DNA of 62,695 bases, filler included, from a bacterium (GTDB lineage Bacteria > JAMORN01), in the NCBI GenBank assembly GCA_027063545.1. It is 9 parts of 9 records of this genome, joined end to end, with 100 filler letters (N's around TTAATTAATTAA, not from the genome) between each part and the next. Parts side by side here need not be neighbours in the genome. Positions count along the whole stretch, not along the records: positions 14,297 to 21,275 come from JAMORN010000140.1; positions 21,376 to 28,346 come from JAMORN010000141.1; positions 28,447 to 35,334 come from JAMORN010000142.1; 6 more parts are not named here. The stretch is one strand, 5' to 3'. Position numbers and translations under genes: made by a program. Below, piece by piece: positions 20,324-30,524 of the stretch. The notes under the pieces are model-generated. The model did no database searches, was not told the DNA's origin, and worked only from the letters and a program-made list of their open reading frames with translations. Position 1 is the stretch's first letter. Each line of letters begins with the position of its first letter.

Positions 20324-20396
20324 ACTGCCTCCTTTTTTCTCAATTTACTTGCATTCGTTAAGTATAATATAAAAATTAAAAATTTAAAATAAAATA

Positions 20397-21275
20397 TTAT
20401 ATATCAAAAATCTGAATCAATTTTGATTTTAATTTATCCAGATTATTTTCTTTAGTTATATACTCTCTAAATTCTCTAGCATTCCTTATATTTTTTATAT
20501 ACCACATTAAATGTTTCCTAAAAAAAGGTAAAACATTTATTTCTGGATTATACTTCTCTAAATATTTTATATGTTTTAAAATGATATCTAATCTTTCTTT
20601 TGGTTCTAATCTTTTATACTCACCAGTATATATATAATCTTTTATTTGTTTGAAAATACAAGGATTATTTAAACTACCTCTTGCTATCATAACATTACTT
20701 ATTCCATAATTATTCATCACATTTAAATAATCTTCTACCGAAAAAATATCTCCATTTCCTACAACAGGAATTTCTAAATAATTATTTAAGTCTGCAATCC
20801 AATCCCAATTTGCTTCTCCAGAATAAAATTGGCTTCTAACCCTACCATGAAATGTAATAAAATCAGCTCCTGCTTCTTGGGCTATTTTTCCTACTTCTTT
20901 ATAATTTATACTATTTTTATCCCAACCAGCTCTTATCTTTACAGAAACTTTAATATTTCTATCCCTTACAACATTTTTTACTTCTTCTATTATTTTTCCC
21001 AACAAATAAGGATTTTTAAGAAGAGCGCTACCATATCCCTGTGATACAATTTTTTTTACAGGACATCCTGCATTTACATCTATAATATCTGGTATAAATC
21101 TAGAATTTAAAATAAACTCAACAGCATACCTAAACAATTCTACTTTATTACCAAATAATTGAATAGCTATAGGTCTTTCTATTTCCTCAAATTCTAGTAA
21201 TTTTTTTGTTTTTGTATTATTATAAAACAAACCATTTACACTAATCATTTCTGTAAAAACAACATCAGCCTCACA
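20397..21275 (-). CDS. dusB: tRNA-dihydrouridine synthase (5'-truncated)
   Basis: TEMIS, IQLFG, DVNAGCP, VSVKIRAGW, FHGR, GNGDI, MIARG. Confidence 0.92.
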   Translation of the reverse strand, partial: CEADVVFTEMISVNGLFYNNTKTKKLLEFEEIERPIAIQLFGNKVELFRYAVEFILNSRFIPDIIDVNAGCPVKKIVSQGYGSALLKNPYLLGKIIEEVKNVVRDRNIKVSVKIRAGWDKNSINYKEVGKIAQEAGADFITFHGRVRSQFYSGEANWDWIADLNNYLEIPVVGNGDIFSVEDYLNVMNNYGISNVMIARGSLNNPCIFKQIKDYIYTGEYKRLEPKERLDIILKHIKYLEKYNPEINVLPFFRKHLMWYIKNIRNAREFREYITKENNLDKLKSKLIQIFDI

Positions 21276-21375
21276 NNNNNNNNNNNNNNNNNNNNNNNNN
21301 NNNNNNNNNNNNNNNNNNNTTAATTAATTAANNNNNNNNNNNNNNNNNNNNNNNNNNNNNNNNNNNNNNNNNNNN
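21276..21375. other. Artificial contig linker
   Basis: N44-TTAATTAATTAA-N44. Confidence 0.98.
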
Positions 21376-21630
21376 AAACAGAAGGCTAGAATGAAATATA
21401 TGGTAATAGTGAAAAATCCGAATATATATATAGATTCTCCAATGAGTGCTTATGATTATTTATTAACAGTACTTTTAAGAGTTAGAGAAATGTATGCAAC
21501 ATTACCTGATATAGATGAAATAATTATTTCTGCTGAAGACCAAATTATATATGATATTATTGTACAAATACTTGACATAGCAAGATTAGCAGGCTTTAAG
21601 AAATTAATGTTTGCTAAGTTAAGAGTATAA
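21376..21630 (+). CDS. ExbD/TolR family protein, C-terminal part (5'-truncated)
   Basis: Frame is open from the contig edge; IIISAEDQIIYDIIVQILDIARLAGF is an ExbD periplasmic-domain pattern. Confidence 0.75.
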   Translation, partial: KQKARMKYMVIVKNPNIYIDSPMSAYDYLLTVLLRVREMYATLPDIDEIIISAEDQIIYDIIVQILDIARLAGFKKLMFAKLRV

Positions 21631-21663
21631 ATTGTTTTAATATTAGTTAGGAGGATATGTCTT

Positions 21664-22155
21664 ATGATGCATAGAAAAGAAAGAGAGGATGCAAAATTAC
21701 AGATTACCTCATTGATGGATGCAATGACAATTTTGCTTCTCTTTTTACTAAAAAACTTAAGTACAGAAGGAGTTATTTTAACAAATGCAGATGATTTGGT
21801 ACTTCCTCTATCTATAAGTGATAAGGCTCCACAAGAGATGACAGTACAGATAGCTATAACACCAAAGAAAATTTTAGTAGATAATATACCTATAGTTGAT
21901 GTGGCTGTTGCACGTCAAGATACTATTAAAAGTATTCAATATACAATAAAGCCACTGGAAAAAGAATTAAAGAAGCACTATGAAGAAGAGCTCCAAATGG
22001 TTAAAATAGGAGCTTTAAAAAAAGTTAAAGGAGAGATAATAATACAGGCTGATAAAAATACTGAATATGATATATTATATAAAGTGCTTCTTACATGTGG
22101 GTCTGTTGGGTATAATAAAATTAAATTGGCAGTAATGAAGAAAGATGCCGATTAA
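21664..22155 (+). CDS. ExbD/TolR family protein, AglS-like
   Basis: LQITSLMDAMTILLLFLLK TM with Asp; IIIQADKNTEYDILYKVLLTCG.VGY; GGAGG RBS. Confidence 0.85.
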   Translation: MMHRKEREDAKLQITSLMDAMTILLLFLLKNLSTEGVILTNADDLVLPLSISDKAPQEMTVQIAITPKKILVDNIPIVDVAVARQDTIKSIQYTIKPLEKELKKHYEEELQMVKIGALKKVKGEIIIQADKNTEYDILYKVLLTCGSVGYNKIKLAVMKKDAD

Positions 22156-22169
22156 AATGGAGGTTCTTT

Positions 22170-23165
22170 ATGAAACAGTTTGATAGGGAATTTTTAATTC
22201 AAGAAATTGAGGAATTGAAAAGAGAAGATACAGATAAGTTTTTTCTAGGGGCTCTTTTCATTTCATTAGCTATTTTTATATTTTTAGCATGGCGTTTTAG
22301 TACAATGGAACCTCCGGTTGAAGAAAGTGATTTTTTTGATAAGTTGGATGAGGAGGTTAAGGGAAATTTGGTTGTAATGAAAAAAGAAGAGAAAAAAAAG
22401 CCACAAAAGAAAAAAGAAAAGAAAAAGAAAGAGAAGAAAAAGGTTGAGAAGGATAGAAAAGGAAAGAAGAAATTAAGAGAATCAGATAGAGTTGCATCTG
22501 GGGGTTCAAGAAGAGGTGGCGGTGATCCACGTGCAAGAGTTACAGCAAAAGGTGTATTAGGAATTGTTTCTGGAAAGATTAAAGGGCCTGCTATTGCAGA
22601 TGCAGATCCATTTGGAAAGGGTGGGTTTGCTTCTGATATAGATGCGATTTTAATGGGTACAGGTGGTCTTAAAAGAGGGGGAGGCGGCGGTATAGGCCGT
22701 AAAGGAGTTGCAGGAATAGGTTTCGGTACAGGATATGGTTCAGGATTTGGAGGAGGAGCAGGTGGAGTTGATGATTTATTAGGTTCTTTAGCAGGTGGTG
22801 TGGGGACTGTTAAATTAAAGAAAAGAGGAAAGATTAAGGCTGTAGCACCTTCTTCTATTACTGGTGATGCAGAAGGTGGTGGAAGAAGTAAAGAAGAGAT
22901 AAGAAGGGTAGTATTAAAACACTTAGGAGGTTTAAAATACTTATATAATAAATATTTGAAAAAGAATCCAAATTTAAAAGGAAAAATAACAGTAAAGATG
23001 GTAATTGCACCAAGTGGAAAGGTTATAAAAGTAGTTATTCTTGAAAGTACATTAAATTGTCCTGATTTAGAAAGAGAGATTGTTAGAGCTATTAAAAGAT
23101 GGAGATTTAGAAGAATACCTAAAGGAACAGTTACAGTTATATACCCATTCCACTTTACTCAATAG
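22170..23165 (+). CDS. TonB-like protein with Gly-rich region and AgmX/PglI(GltG)-type C-terminal domain
   Basis: Single TM, Lys-rich linker, GGGGGIGRKGVAGIGFGTGYGSGFGGG, C-terminal RSKEEIRRVV...YNKYLKKNPNLKGKITVKMVIAPSGKV...WRF...VTVIYPFHF. Confidence 0.8.
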   Translation: MKQFDREFLIQEIEELKREDTDKFFLGALFISLAIFIFLAWRFSTMEPPVEESDFFDKLDEEVKGNLVVMKKEEKKKPQKKKEKKKKEKKKVEKDRKGKKKLRESDRVASGGSRRGGGDPRARVTAKGVLGIVSGKIKGPAIADADPFGKGGFASDIDAILMGTGGLKRGGGGGIGRKGVAGIGFGTGYGSGFGGGAGGVDDLLGSLAGGVGTVKLKKRGKIKAVAPSSITGDAEGGGRSKEEIRRVVLKHLGGLKYLYNKYLKKNPNLKGKITVKMVIAPSGKVIKVVILESTLNCPDLEREIVRAIKRWRFRRIPKGTVTVIYPFHFTQ

Positions 23166-23214
23166 TTTATTTGTATGGGTTATTTATGGATTATTAGTAA
23201 ACATGATAGTAGAG

Positions 23215-23254
23215 AGGGAAATGTTTGGAATTTTCCAGACATTTCCCTTTTTTT
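23215..23254 (+). terminator. Intrinsic terminator
   Basis: AGGGAAATGTTTGGAA-TT-TTCCAGACATTTCCCT long stem followed by a T-run. Confidence 0.85.
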
Positions 23255-23329
23255 ATTATATATTAAAAATTATTTTTTTAATTAATAGAGTAGTTATTTG
23301 AAAAACAATAAAAAAAAGGAGATAAAAAT

Positions 23330-24811
23330 ATGGAAAGAAATGTGAAATATTTAGTGCTTATGTTATTTGTGGTCACAATATTATTTATTTTTATGTCTTG
23401 TTCAACAAATAAACAGAAAACCGAATTTAAAGTACTTCTTAGGATGATGCCAGCACAATATGAGTATTATACTCAACAGGTTATTCCAGAGTTTGAAAAA
23501 AAGTATAATTGTAAGGTAACTGTTGTTCAATTTGAAAAAATGTGGGATATAGAGAAGATTTTAAAATTAGAACAGCAAAAAGATTCTGCTAATATGATAG
23601 GAGTTGTAAAGGTCCCATTTGAAATGACAAGAGATTTAGCAAAGAAGGGATATTTAGAATCTTTTGATAATATTGTTGGAAAAGATACCTTAGAACAGGA
23701 TGAAGCTATATATTATCCATTTGCTTTAAGTTTAGGGTATGTTGATGGCAAACTTTATTATTTTCCAAGAAAATTAGAAACAAGAATTTTAGTATATTTA
23801 AAATCTAAGGTTGAAGATGCTGTGAAAAATTGGCAAAAGTTTAAACCACAAATTGATAGTATATTAAAAATAGAAAATGGGTATGGATTACCAAAGGGAT
23901 ATACACTAGAATCTGATCCTAATAAATGGGATTATTATGATGTCTTTGTAGTAGGATACTATTGGGCAAATACTGAATATAATGGTGTAAAAATGCCAAG
24001 ATATGCTCATAGAGCAAAGAATTATGAAGGAACTGCTTTAGGATTAATAGAAAGAGCATATAGATTAAATGCAACTCAAGATAGTATAGTAAAATTGTTA
24101 ACTAAGCCAGTAGTTGATATGTATAAATGGGAAGCGTTATATGTGAAATATATTTATAATCCATTAATGTGGCAAGAAGGCTGGAGTGGTTCTGGAATAT
24201 GGAATGCTTTCAAAGATGGAAAGGTGTTTATGGCAGAAATGCAACAAATAGATTGTTTTTTCTTACATGGTTGGCCAAATTCGCCTGAAATGATGGGATA
24301 TGTTAAAAATCCTGATGATTTAGGTTTTGCTTTAGTACCTAAAGGAGTTTCTTTAGAACTTGATAAAGATGGTAATCCAGTTTATACAGGTACAAAGAGT
24401 ATTACAACAGGTGGTTGGTGGTGGGGTATTCCTAAAACTGCTAAGTATAAAAAGTTAAGTTATGAATTTATAAAATTTGTTACTAGTAAGAAGATTCAAG
24501 CACAGGAAGTTGCCAAATATGGAATATTACCTGTAAGAAAAGACTTAGTGTTTAAATTACCAGAAGTTTTTGATTATGGTTGGGTTGGAGAGATGTTTAA
24601 GGTATCGTCTGAACAGGTAAAAACAAATGGAACAACAGTTGTACCTTTAATAGCGGATTATCCAACTCTTGCTAAATATTATATTGATATTTGGTATAAA
24701 GCTGTAGTGAATGTTTATAGTAAAGATAAGTCTAAAAAGATTAATGAAGCTGAGATAGTAAACTTTATTAAGAAAAATTATGAAGAGAAAATTGCTAAAT
24801 TGAAAAAATAG
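23330..24811 (+). CDS. Carbohydrate ABC transporter solute-binding lipoprotein
   Basis: Lipobox FMSC; FEKKYNCKV, DGKLYYFP, GGWWWGIPK, FIKFVTS; first gene of a CUT1-type operon. Confidence 0.85.
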   Translation: MERNVKYLVLMLFVVTILFIFMSCSTNKQKTEFKVLLRMMPAQYEYYTQQVIPEFEKKYNCKVTVVQFEKMWDIEKILKLEQQKDSANMIGVVKVPFEMTRDLAKKGYLESFDNIVGKDTLEQDEAIYYPFALSLGYVDGKLYYFPRKLETRILVYLKSKVEDAVKNWQKFKPQIDSILKIENGYGLPKGYTLESDPNKWDYYDVFVVGYYWANTEYNGVKMPRYAHRAKNYEGTALGLIERAYRLNATQDSIVKLLTKPVVDMYKWEALYVKYIYNPLMWQEGWSGSGIWNAFKDGKVFMAEMQQIDCFFLHGWPNSPEMMGYVKNPDDLGFALVPKGVSLELDKDGNPVYTGTKSITTGGWWWGIPKTAKYKKLSYEFIKFVTSKKIQAQEVAKYGILPVRKDLVFKLPEVFDYGWVGEMFKVSSEQVKTNGTTVVPLIADYPTLAKYYIDIWYKAVVNVYSKDKSKKINEAEIVNFIKKNYEEKIAKLKK

Positions 24812-24817
24812 TTTTAT

Positions 24818-25714
24818 ATGAAGATTTTAAAAGAGTATCTTTTTGAATTAATAATTATAGCCCCAGCAACTTTATTTTTGCTGGGGTTTTTTATTTTAAT
24901 TTTATTTTATCTTATAGGTGTTAGTTTTTTTCCTCAAGGTGATTTTACATTATCAGTATATAGTGCTATTTTTGAAGATCAAGAGTTTAAACGAATAGTA
25001 TTAAGAACTATAATTTTTGTATTTATAGGTACCCCTCTTGAACTTATATTATCTATTATTTTTGCTATTCTTTTATTTAATAAAGGTATTTTATCGTCTA
25101 TTGCAAGGTCATTATATATTGTACCTTTTGCAATTCCCACAATAGTTACAGCAATAGTTCTTTTTGTATTGTTTGACTATCCTGGGGGGCATATAAATGT
25201 TTTACTTCAGGGAAAATATTTTATATTCCCTTTTAAAATCATATCTGAGCCAATAAATTGGAGAAGTTCAGAATTTTTATCTTTATTTGTATCTATGTTG
25301 GGTAAATTATGGAGGGATCTTCCTATTTCTACGTTTATAATATTAACAGGATTATCAAATATATATAAAGAAGAGATAGATAGTGCCAAAGTTTTAGGAG
25401 CTGGAGATTTTCAGATTTTAAAACATATAGTTATACCAGAATTAATACCATCAATTTTTACCGTATTATTTCTAAGATCTATAGAGTTTTGGAAGGAGTT
25501 TATCTTCCCATTTATACTAGCCCCTAGATATTATTTAATATCAACAGTTATTGAAAATTACTATCATAACTGGAATATGGTAGATAAAGCAAGTGCAGTT
25601 TCTCTAATTCTGTTAGGATTTATAGTAATAACAATAATATTAATACGCTTTTCTATGAATTTATTAAGATTTTTTACTTTCAGACTGGTTAAAAACTATG
25701 AGATTAAAAATTAA
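24818..25714 (+). CDS. Carbohydrate ABC transporter permease (MalF-like)
   Basis: Multiple TMs, PFAIPTIV, WRDLP, EAA-loop-like DSAKVLGA..F. Confidence 0.88.
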   Translation: MKILKEYLFELIIIAPATLFLLGFFILILFYLIGVSFFPQGDFTLSVYSAIFEDQEFKRIVLRTIIFVFIGTPLELILSIIFAILLFNKGILSSIARSLYIVPFAIPTIVTAIVLFVLFDYPGGHINVLLQGKYFIFPFKIISEPINWRSSEFLSLFVSMLGKLWRDLPISTFIILTGLSNIYKEEIDSAKVLGAGDFQILKHIVIPELIPSIFTVLFLRSIEFWKEFIFPFILAPRYYLISTVIENYYHNWNMVDKASAVSLILLGFIVITIILIRFSMNLLRFFTFRLVKNYEIKN

Positions 25715-26528
25715 AAATTTAATAATTAATTTTGGACTTCTTTTGATTATAATAGAGACATTGACTCCAATATACTTTATGATAAAGTATTCTATTTCAG
25801 ATAGAGATAGTATTATCACAGGAGGCGATGTAATTCCTCTATGGCCTTATCATCCTACATTTATGGTTTATAAATATCTTCTTTCAAGCCCTAAATTTAT
25901 AGATGTTTTCTTAAATAGTGTTAAGGTTGCGGGTTTTACATTGCTTTTTGCTCTTATGTTAGGTGTTCCTATGGCCTATGGTTTATCAAAAATAAAAAGT
26001 GTTTATAGAGATTTTCTTTTAGTTTTTTTGATGTCTATAAGGGTGTTTCCTGATATTGTTTCAGTTATTCCTATTACAGAATTTTTTATCAAATTAAACT
26101 TAGATAATACAATTTTAGGAGTTAGTTTAGCTCATACCCTTTTGGCTTTGCCTTATGTAATTTTTATTTTATTAGCAGATTTTGAAAAGGTCCCTCCAGA
26201 AATAGAACTTCAGGCGTATAATTTAGGAGCATCTAAAACAACAACTTTCTTAAAAATAATTATGCCAATGGTAATCCCTTCTATTATAGTGTCTAGTATT
26301 TATATATTTATCTTGAGTTGGGATGAGTTTATTTTTAGTTATTTTATATTAGGATATGGAGAAATAGAAACTTTACCAGTATATTTAAATAAAATGCTTT
26401 CATTTCAACCGCCTCAGAATATATTAATGGGTGTAGCAGTACTTTTAAGTTTGCCAGTATTTGTTTTTGTTCTTTTAATCCAAAAAAGACTTTTAATAAA
26501 TATTAAAGAAGGGGCATTAAAAGAATGA
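25698..26528 (+). CDS. Carbohydrate ABC transporter permease (MalG-like)
   Basis: FLNSV, AYGLS, PPEIELQAYNLGAS, FILSWDEF, TLPV. Confidence 0.88.
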   Translation: MRLKIKNLIINFGLLLIIIETLTPIYFMIKYSISDRDSIITGGDVIPLWPYHPTFMVYKYLLSSPKFIDVFLNSVKVAGFTLLFALMLGVPMAYGLSKIKSVYRDFLLVFLMSIRVFPDIVSVIPITEFFIKLNLDNTILGVSLAHTLLALPYVIFILLADFEKVPPEIELQAYNLGASKTTTFLKIIMPMVIPSIIVSSIYIFILSWDEFIFSYFILGYGEIETLPVYLNKMLSFQPPQNILMGVAVLLSLPVFVFVLLIQKRLLINIKEGALKE

Positions 26529-27637
26529 AGGAAATGTTAAGATTGGAACATGTATATAAAACATACAATAATACAGATGGAATAAAAGATATTTCATTTA
26601 TTGTGAATAAAGGAGAATTTGTTTCTCTTCTTGGTTCATCTGGCTGTGGAAAAACTACAACTTTAAAGGTTATAGCAGGTCTTGAAAAGGTTAATAGTGG
26701 AAAGGTTTATATAGATGGGAAAGACGCTACAAATTTTCCTCCACAAAAAAGAGATGTAACAATGGTTTTTCAGAATTACGCTTTATTCCCACATTTTACT
26801 GTTTTTGATAATATTGCTTTTGGATTAAAGATGAGAAAGGTTAATGATTATGATATTGTAAAAAAGGTTAAAAATATTGCTTCTATACTTGAGATATCTG
26901 AATATTTAGATAGAAAGCCTTCAGAATTATCTGGAGGGCAAAAACAAAGAGTTGCTCTTGCTAGGGCTTTGGTAGTTGAACCTAAAATTTTACTTTTAGA
27001 TGAGCCTTTATCAAATATAGATGCTGTTTTAAGAAGGACAATGATACTAGAATTAAAATCTCTACATAAAAAATTAAACACAACAATTGTTTATGTTACT
27101 CATAATCAACTTGAGGCTATTTCAATGAGTGATAGAATAATAATAATGAAGGATGGAAGGATTATTCAGGAGGATACACCTGAGAAGATTTTTACAAATC
27201 CAAAGAATAGGTTTGTTGCTTCTTTTATTGGAGAGTTTAAAATGAATTTTATTGAGGGTAGAATTGAAGAAAGAGTTGGAGATTTAAAGTTTGTTGCTTA
27301 TAATGACATAGTTTTAAACTTAACAGACTATCAAAAGAGTAAATTATGGGCTTTTAAAGATAAATTTGTTATATTAGGGATTAGACCTTCTGATATATAT
27401 ATAAAACATCCAAGAGAAGGTCTTTTAGGTAATGATTTTTCAGGCGTAGTTGATATTATTGAACATTTTGGTATAAATAAACTTTTAATAGTAAAGATTA
27501 AGGGTTTCCCTATTACAATATTAGTACCTAAAGATTTTAATGTATCTGAGAATGATACCATAAGTTTTTCACTTTTACCAGAAAATTTTTATTTTTTTGA
27601 TGTTGAAACAGGTGAAAATATTTTTTACGAGGTATAG
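26525..27637 (+). CDS. Carbohydrate ABC transporter ATPase (MalK-like)
   Basis: GSSGCGKTT, VFQNYALFPH, LSGGQKQR, LLDEPLSN, YVTHNQ, GIRP regulatory domain. Confidence 0.93.
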   Translation: MKEMLRLEHVYKTYNNTDGIKDISFIVNKGEFVSLLGSSGCGKTTTLKVIAGLEKVNSGKVYIDGKDATNFPPQKRDVTMVFQNYALFPHFTVFDNIAFGLKMRKVNDYDIVKKVKNIASILEISEYLDRKPSELSGGQKQRVALARALVVEPKILLLDEPLSNIDAVLRRTMILELKSLHKKLNTTIVYVTHNQLEAISMSDRIIIMKDGRIIQEDTPEKIFTNPKNRFVASFIGEFKMNFIEGRIEERVGDLKFVAYNDIVLNLTDYQKSKLWAFKDKFVILGIRPSDIYIKHPREGLLGNDFSGVVDIIEHFGINKLLIVKIKGFPITILVPKDFNVSENDTISFSLLPENFYFFDVETGENIFYEV

Positions 27638-27641
27638 AATT

Positions 27642-28049
27642 ATGAAAAATTTAAAGATTAAATCATTATTATTATCATTAATTTCTTTAATAATAATTTT
27701 TTCCTGTTCTACCATAGATGTAAAAAAAGAACTGGAGAAAGAAATTCAAAAAGATTTAAATACAGCGGTTTCTTCAATAAAAGATACTTCCTATTTACTA
27801 AAAAAACCTTATTGGAAAATAAAGAGATTTGATATGGTATCAGGCACATTAATATCCTACGTAGCCATAGTAGATTTATTTTATTTAGATACAAATAAAC
27901 TTCCTTACTTTCAAAGGATTGTATATAGATATAATGAACCCAAAAAAAGATGGGAGAGGCATAGAAAATATATGTTAAAAATATCTTTAGCTAATGAGTC
28001 GGGAAAAGAGTTAGATAAGTATATAACAGATTTTAATTTTAAAAAATAA
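27642..28049 (+). CDS. Hypothetical small lipoprotein
   Basis: Likely start ATG 27642 (GAGGT RBS); signal MKNLKIK...IIFSC. Confidence 0.65.
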   Translation: MKNLKIKSLLLSLISLIIIFSCSTIDVKKELEKEIQKDLNTAVSSIKDTSYLLKKPYWKIKRFDMVSGTLISYVAIVDLFYLDTNKLPYFQRIVYRYNEPKKRWERHRKYMLKISLANESGKELDKYITDFNFKK

Positions 28050-28119
28050 TTTAACAAGTAAAAAGATTTCTACTATTTTGAAGGTTCTGTTATAAAATAA
28101 ATATAAAAAAGGGAGAAGT

Positions 28120-28346
28120 ATGGGATCATTTAATTTAGCAGATTTTTTAGTTCATGGAAATATTATTTTAGCAACAATAATTGTATTCTTTTTTGGACTT
28201 TTGACTGCTTTTACTCCTTGTGTGTGGCCTATGTATCCAATTACGGCAAGTATTATTGTTGGAAGAAGTAAAGAAAATCAGACAAAGAGCAAAAATTTTC
28301 TTTTAACATTTATTTATGTTTCTGGAATGGCTTTTACATATTCAAT
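28120..28346 (+). CDS. DsbD/CcdA transmembrane domain protein (3'-truncated)
   Basis: GLLTAFTPCVWPMYP, YVSGMAFTYS. Confidence 0.85.
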
Positions 28347-28446
28347 NNNNNNNNNNNNNNNNNNNNNNNNNNNNNNNNNNNNNNNNNNNNTTAATTAATT
28401 AANNNNNNNNNNNNNNNNNNNNNNNNNNNNNNNNNNNNNNNNNNNN
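28347..28446. other. Artificial contig linker
   Basis: N44-TTAATTAATTAA-N44. Confidence 0.98.
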
Positions 28447-28950
28447 ATATATATCTAAAGAACCTAGAAGATATAGAATTAAAGATTTAGATGAGGTATT
28501 TGAAAGAAATATATTGAGAATTGAGATAATTGATGAAGAAAAAAAACTAAAGAATACTCCTATTATTAAAAGCAGAATAGAGTTTTGTGATTTTTTATAT
28601 ATATTTATTAAAAAAACTAAAAGAGTAAGGGAAAATAAAATAGAAAAAAGAAAAGTCATATTGGGAAGATTAAATAAAATAGCAAATGAAGCGCCTAATG
28701 CTCCCATACTTGTTATTCCGAGGGTATGTCCTGTGATTATAGGATTTTTAAAGAGTCTTTGATATATATACCCAGAGAGTGCAAGAATAATAGAAGATGA
28801 GATTATTGTAATAATTTTAGGGATTCGTATGAAAAGTAGAATATTTGCTATAATTTCTTTATTGTAGTTTAAAATAAAACCTTTAGAAAATAGGATATTT
28901 AAAAGAATACTTATTATGGATAAAATTAATGCTATAATAACTTTTTTCAT
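28447..28950 (-). CDS. FecCD/BtuC family ABC permease (3'-truncated)
   Basis: IRIPKI, LALSGYIYQRLFKNP, LGITSMGALG, LLGSL. Confidence 0.8.
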
Positions 28951-28951
28951 A

Positions 28952-29686
28952 TTAACTATAAAAGATAAACTTTTTATTTAATATTTTATAATCTAACCCT
29001 TTGTATTTTTCTTTAAAATATTCTGTGTTTATAAATTCCTCTATTGAGTTGGCACTTTTTATTTGATTTTTTTCTATATAAAGAATACAATCTGCCATAT
29101 TTATATCATTAATATCATGCGATACTAATACTATAAGATAGTCTTTTTTTAATAAATTTAATTTTTTTTTCACAAAAGAAGAGGTATTATAATCAAGATT
29201 GTTAAAAACTTCATCAAGTAATAGAATTTTAGGGTTTTGATAAAATAATGAGAATATATTAAGTTTTTGAAGTTCTCCACCACTTAATTGTAGTAGATTT
29301 TTATTAATAATGTTGCCAATCTTAAACTTTTCATATATTTCACTTAGAAACTTATTTTCTTTTATGTAGTGAATAGAAAAATTTTTATTTAAACTTAAAA
29401 AGTCCAAAACATTAATATCATAAACAGTATTATTTTGAAAGAGTATTCCAACATATTTATAATATTCTTCAATAGAATACTTGAAAATATTGTTCTTAAA
29501 AAGTTTTATCTCTCCTTGAAATTTTTTATTGAGCCTTGCAATAGTTTTTAATAGAGATGTTTTCCCTGCTCCATTTTCGCCTATTAGTACATAAAGACCT
29601 TTTGAAAATGATAGATTTATATTTTTTAATATGGTATTATCTTTGTTGTAATAAATAGATACATTATTTAGAACTAACCAATTCAT
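28952..29686 (-). CDS. BtuD/FecE-like ABC ATPase
   Basis: GENGAGKTS, LSGGE, LLLDE, VSHD. Confidence 0.88.
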   Translation of the reverse strand: MNWLVLNNVSIYYNKDNTILKNINLSFSKGLYVLIGENGAGKTSLLKTIARLNKKFQGEIKLFKNNIFKYSIEEYYKYVGILFQNNTVYDINVLDFLSLNKNFSIHYIKENKFLSEIYEKFKIGNIINKNLLQLSGGELQKLNIFSLFYQNPKILLLDEVFNNLDYNTSSFVKKKLNLLKKDYLIVLVSHDINDINMADCILYIEKNQIKSANSIEEFINTEYFKEKYKGLDYKILNKKFIFYS

Positions 29687-30524
29687 TTTTCTTTAATTTT
29701 ACATCTATCTCTTCAATTAGTTTTTTAACAGAAATAGGCCCTGGTATTGAAGCATATTGAGTTTTAATAGAGATAAGATTAACATTTTTCTTTAATTTAA
29801 ATAAAGGTTTAACGTTTTTTAAAGAATCACCAATAGAAAAATCAAATATTATTTCAGGATTTAGTTTTATTATATCTTCCAAAGAAAGTTTGTAATAACT
29901 TAAAGAACTATCACATACATTTTCAATATTAAATAAAGTTAAAATATCATTATAATAGGTTCTTTTACCAGCAACATAAAAAGATATATTATCTTTATTT
30001 AAAGAGGAGAGATATACCACCACTAATCCTTTTTTTCTTTTTGTATTTTTGTATTTATTTTTAATAGTACTTAAAAATTTTTTATACTCTATAGTATTAT
30101 TTGTATCATTAATATTTAAAAGTTTTGAAACAATATTTATACTTCTTATAATATTATCTATACTATTTTGCTCTATTTTTAACTTTTTTATACCAGTTAT
30201 TTTATTTACTCTACTTTCTTGTGCGGGAGTATATAATATTATATCAGGTTTTAAACTAATAATCTTTTCAATAGAGAAATCAACAATTCCACCAACAATT
30301 TCAACATTTGATAATTGCTTAAAATTTTTAGAGAATCTAGTTATACCAACAAGATTTTCAGGTTTGTTTAGGTAGATAAAAATTTCGGTAATACTAGGCG
30401 CAAGAGAAACAACCCTTAGATTATCTTTTTTTTCTATCGAAGAGGAAGAGCAACTATTTATAAATATTAAAATAAAAATGAAAAAAACTACTATATTAGT
30501 AATCTTCAAGTATTTCTGTATCAT
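29664..30524 (-). CDS. BtuF-like helical-backbone periplasmic binding lipoprotein
   Basis: Lipobox INSC; RVVSLAPSITE, EKIISLKPD, LEDIIKLNPEII, IPGP. Confidence 0.85.
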   Translation of the reverse strand: MIQKYLKITNIVVFFIFILIFINSCSSSSIEKKDNLRVVSLAPSITEIFIYLNKPENLVGITRFSKNFKQLSNVEIVGGIVDFSIEKIISLKPDIILYTPAQESRVNKITGIKKLKIEQNSIDNIIRSINIVSKLLNINDTNNTIEYKKFLSTIKNKYKNTKRKKGLVVVYLSSLNKDNISFYVAGKRTYYNDILTLFNIENVCDSSLSYYKLSLEDIIKLNPEIIFDFSIGDSLKNVKPLFKLKKNVNLISIKTQYASIPGPISVKKLIEEIDVKLKKNELVSSK

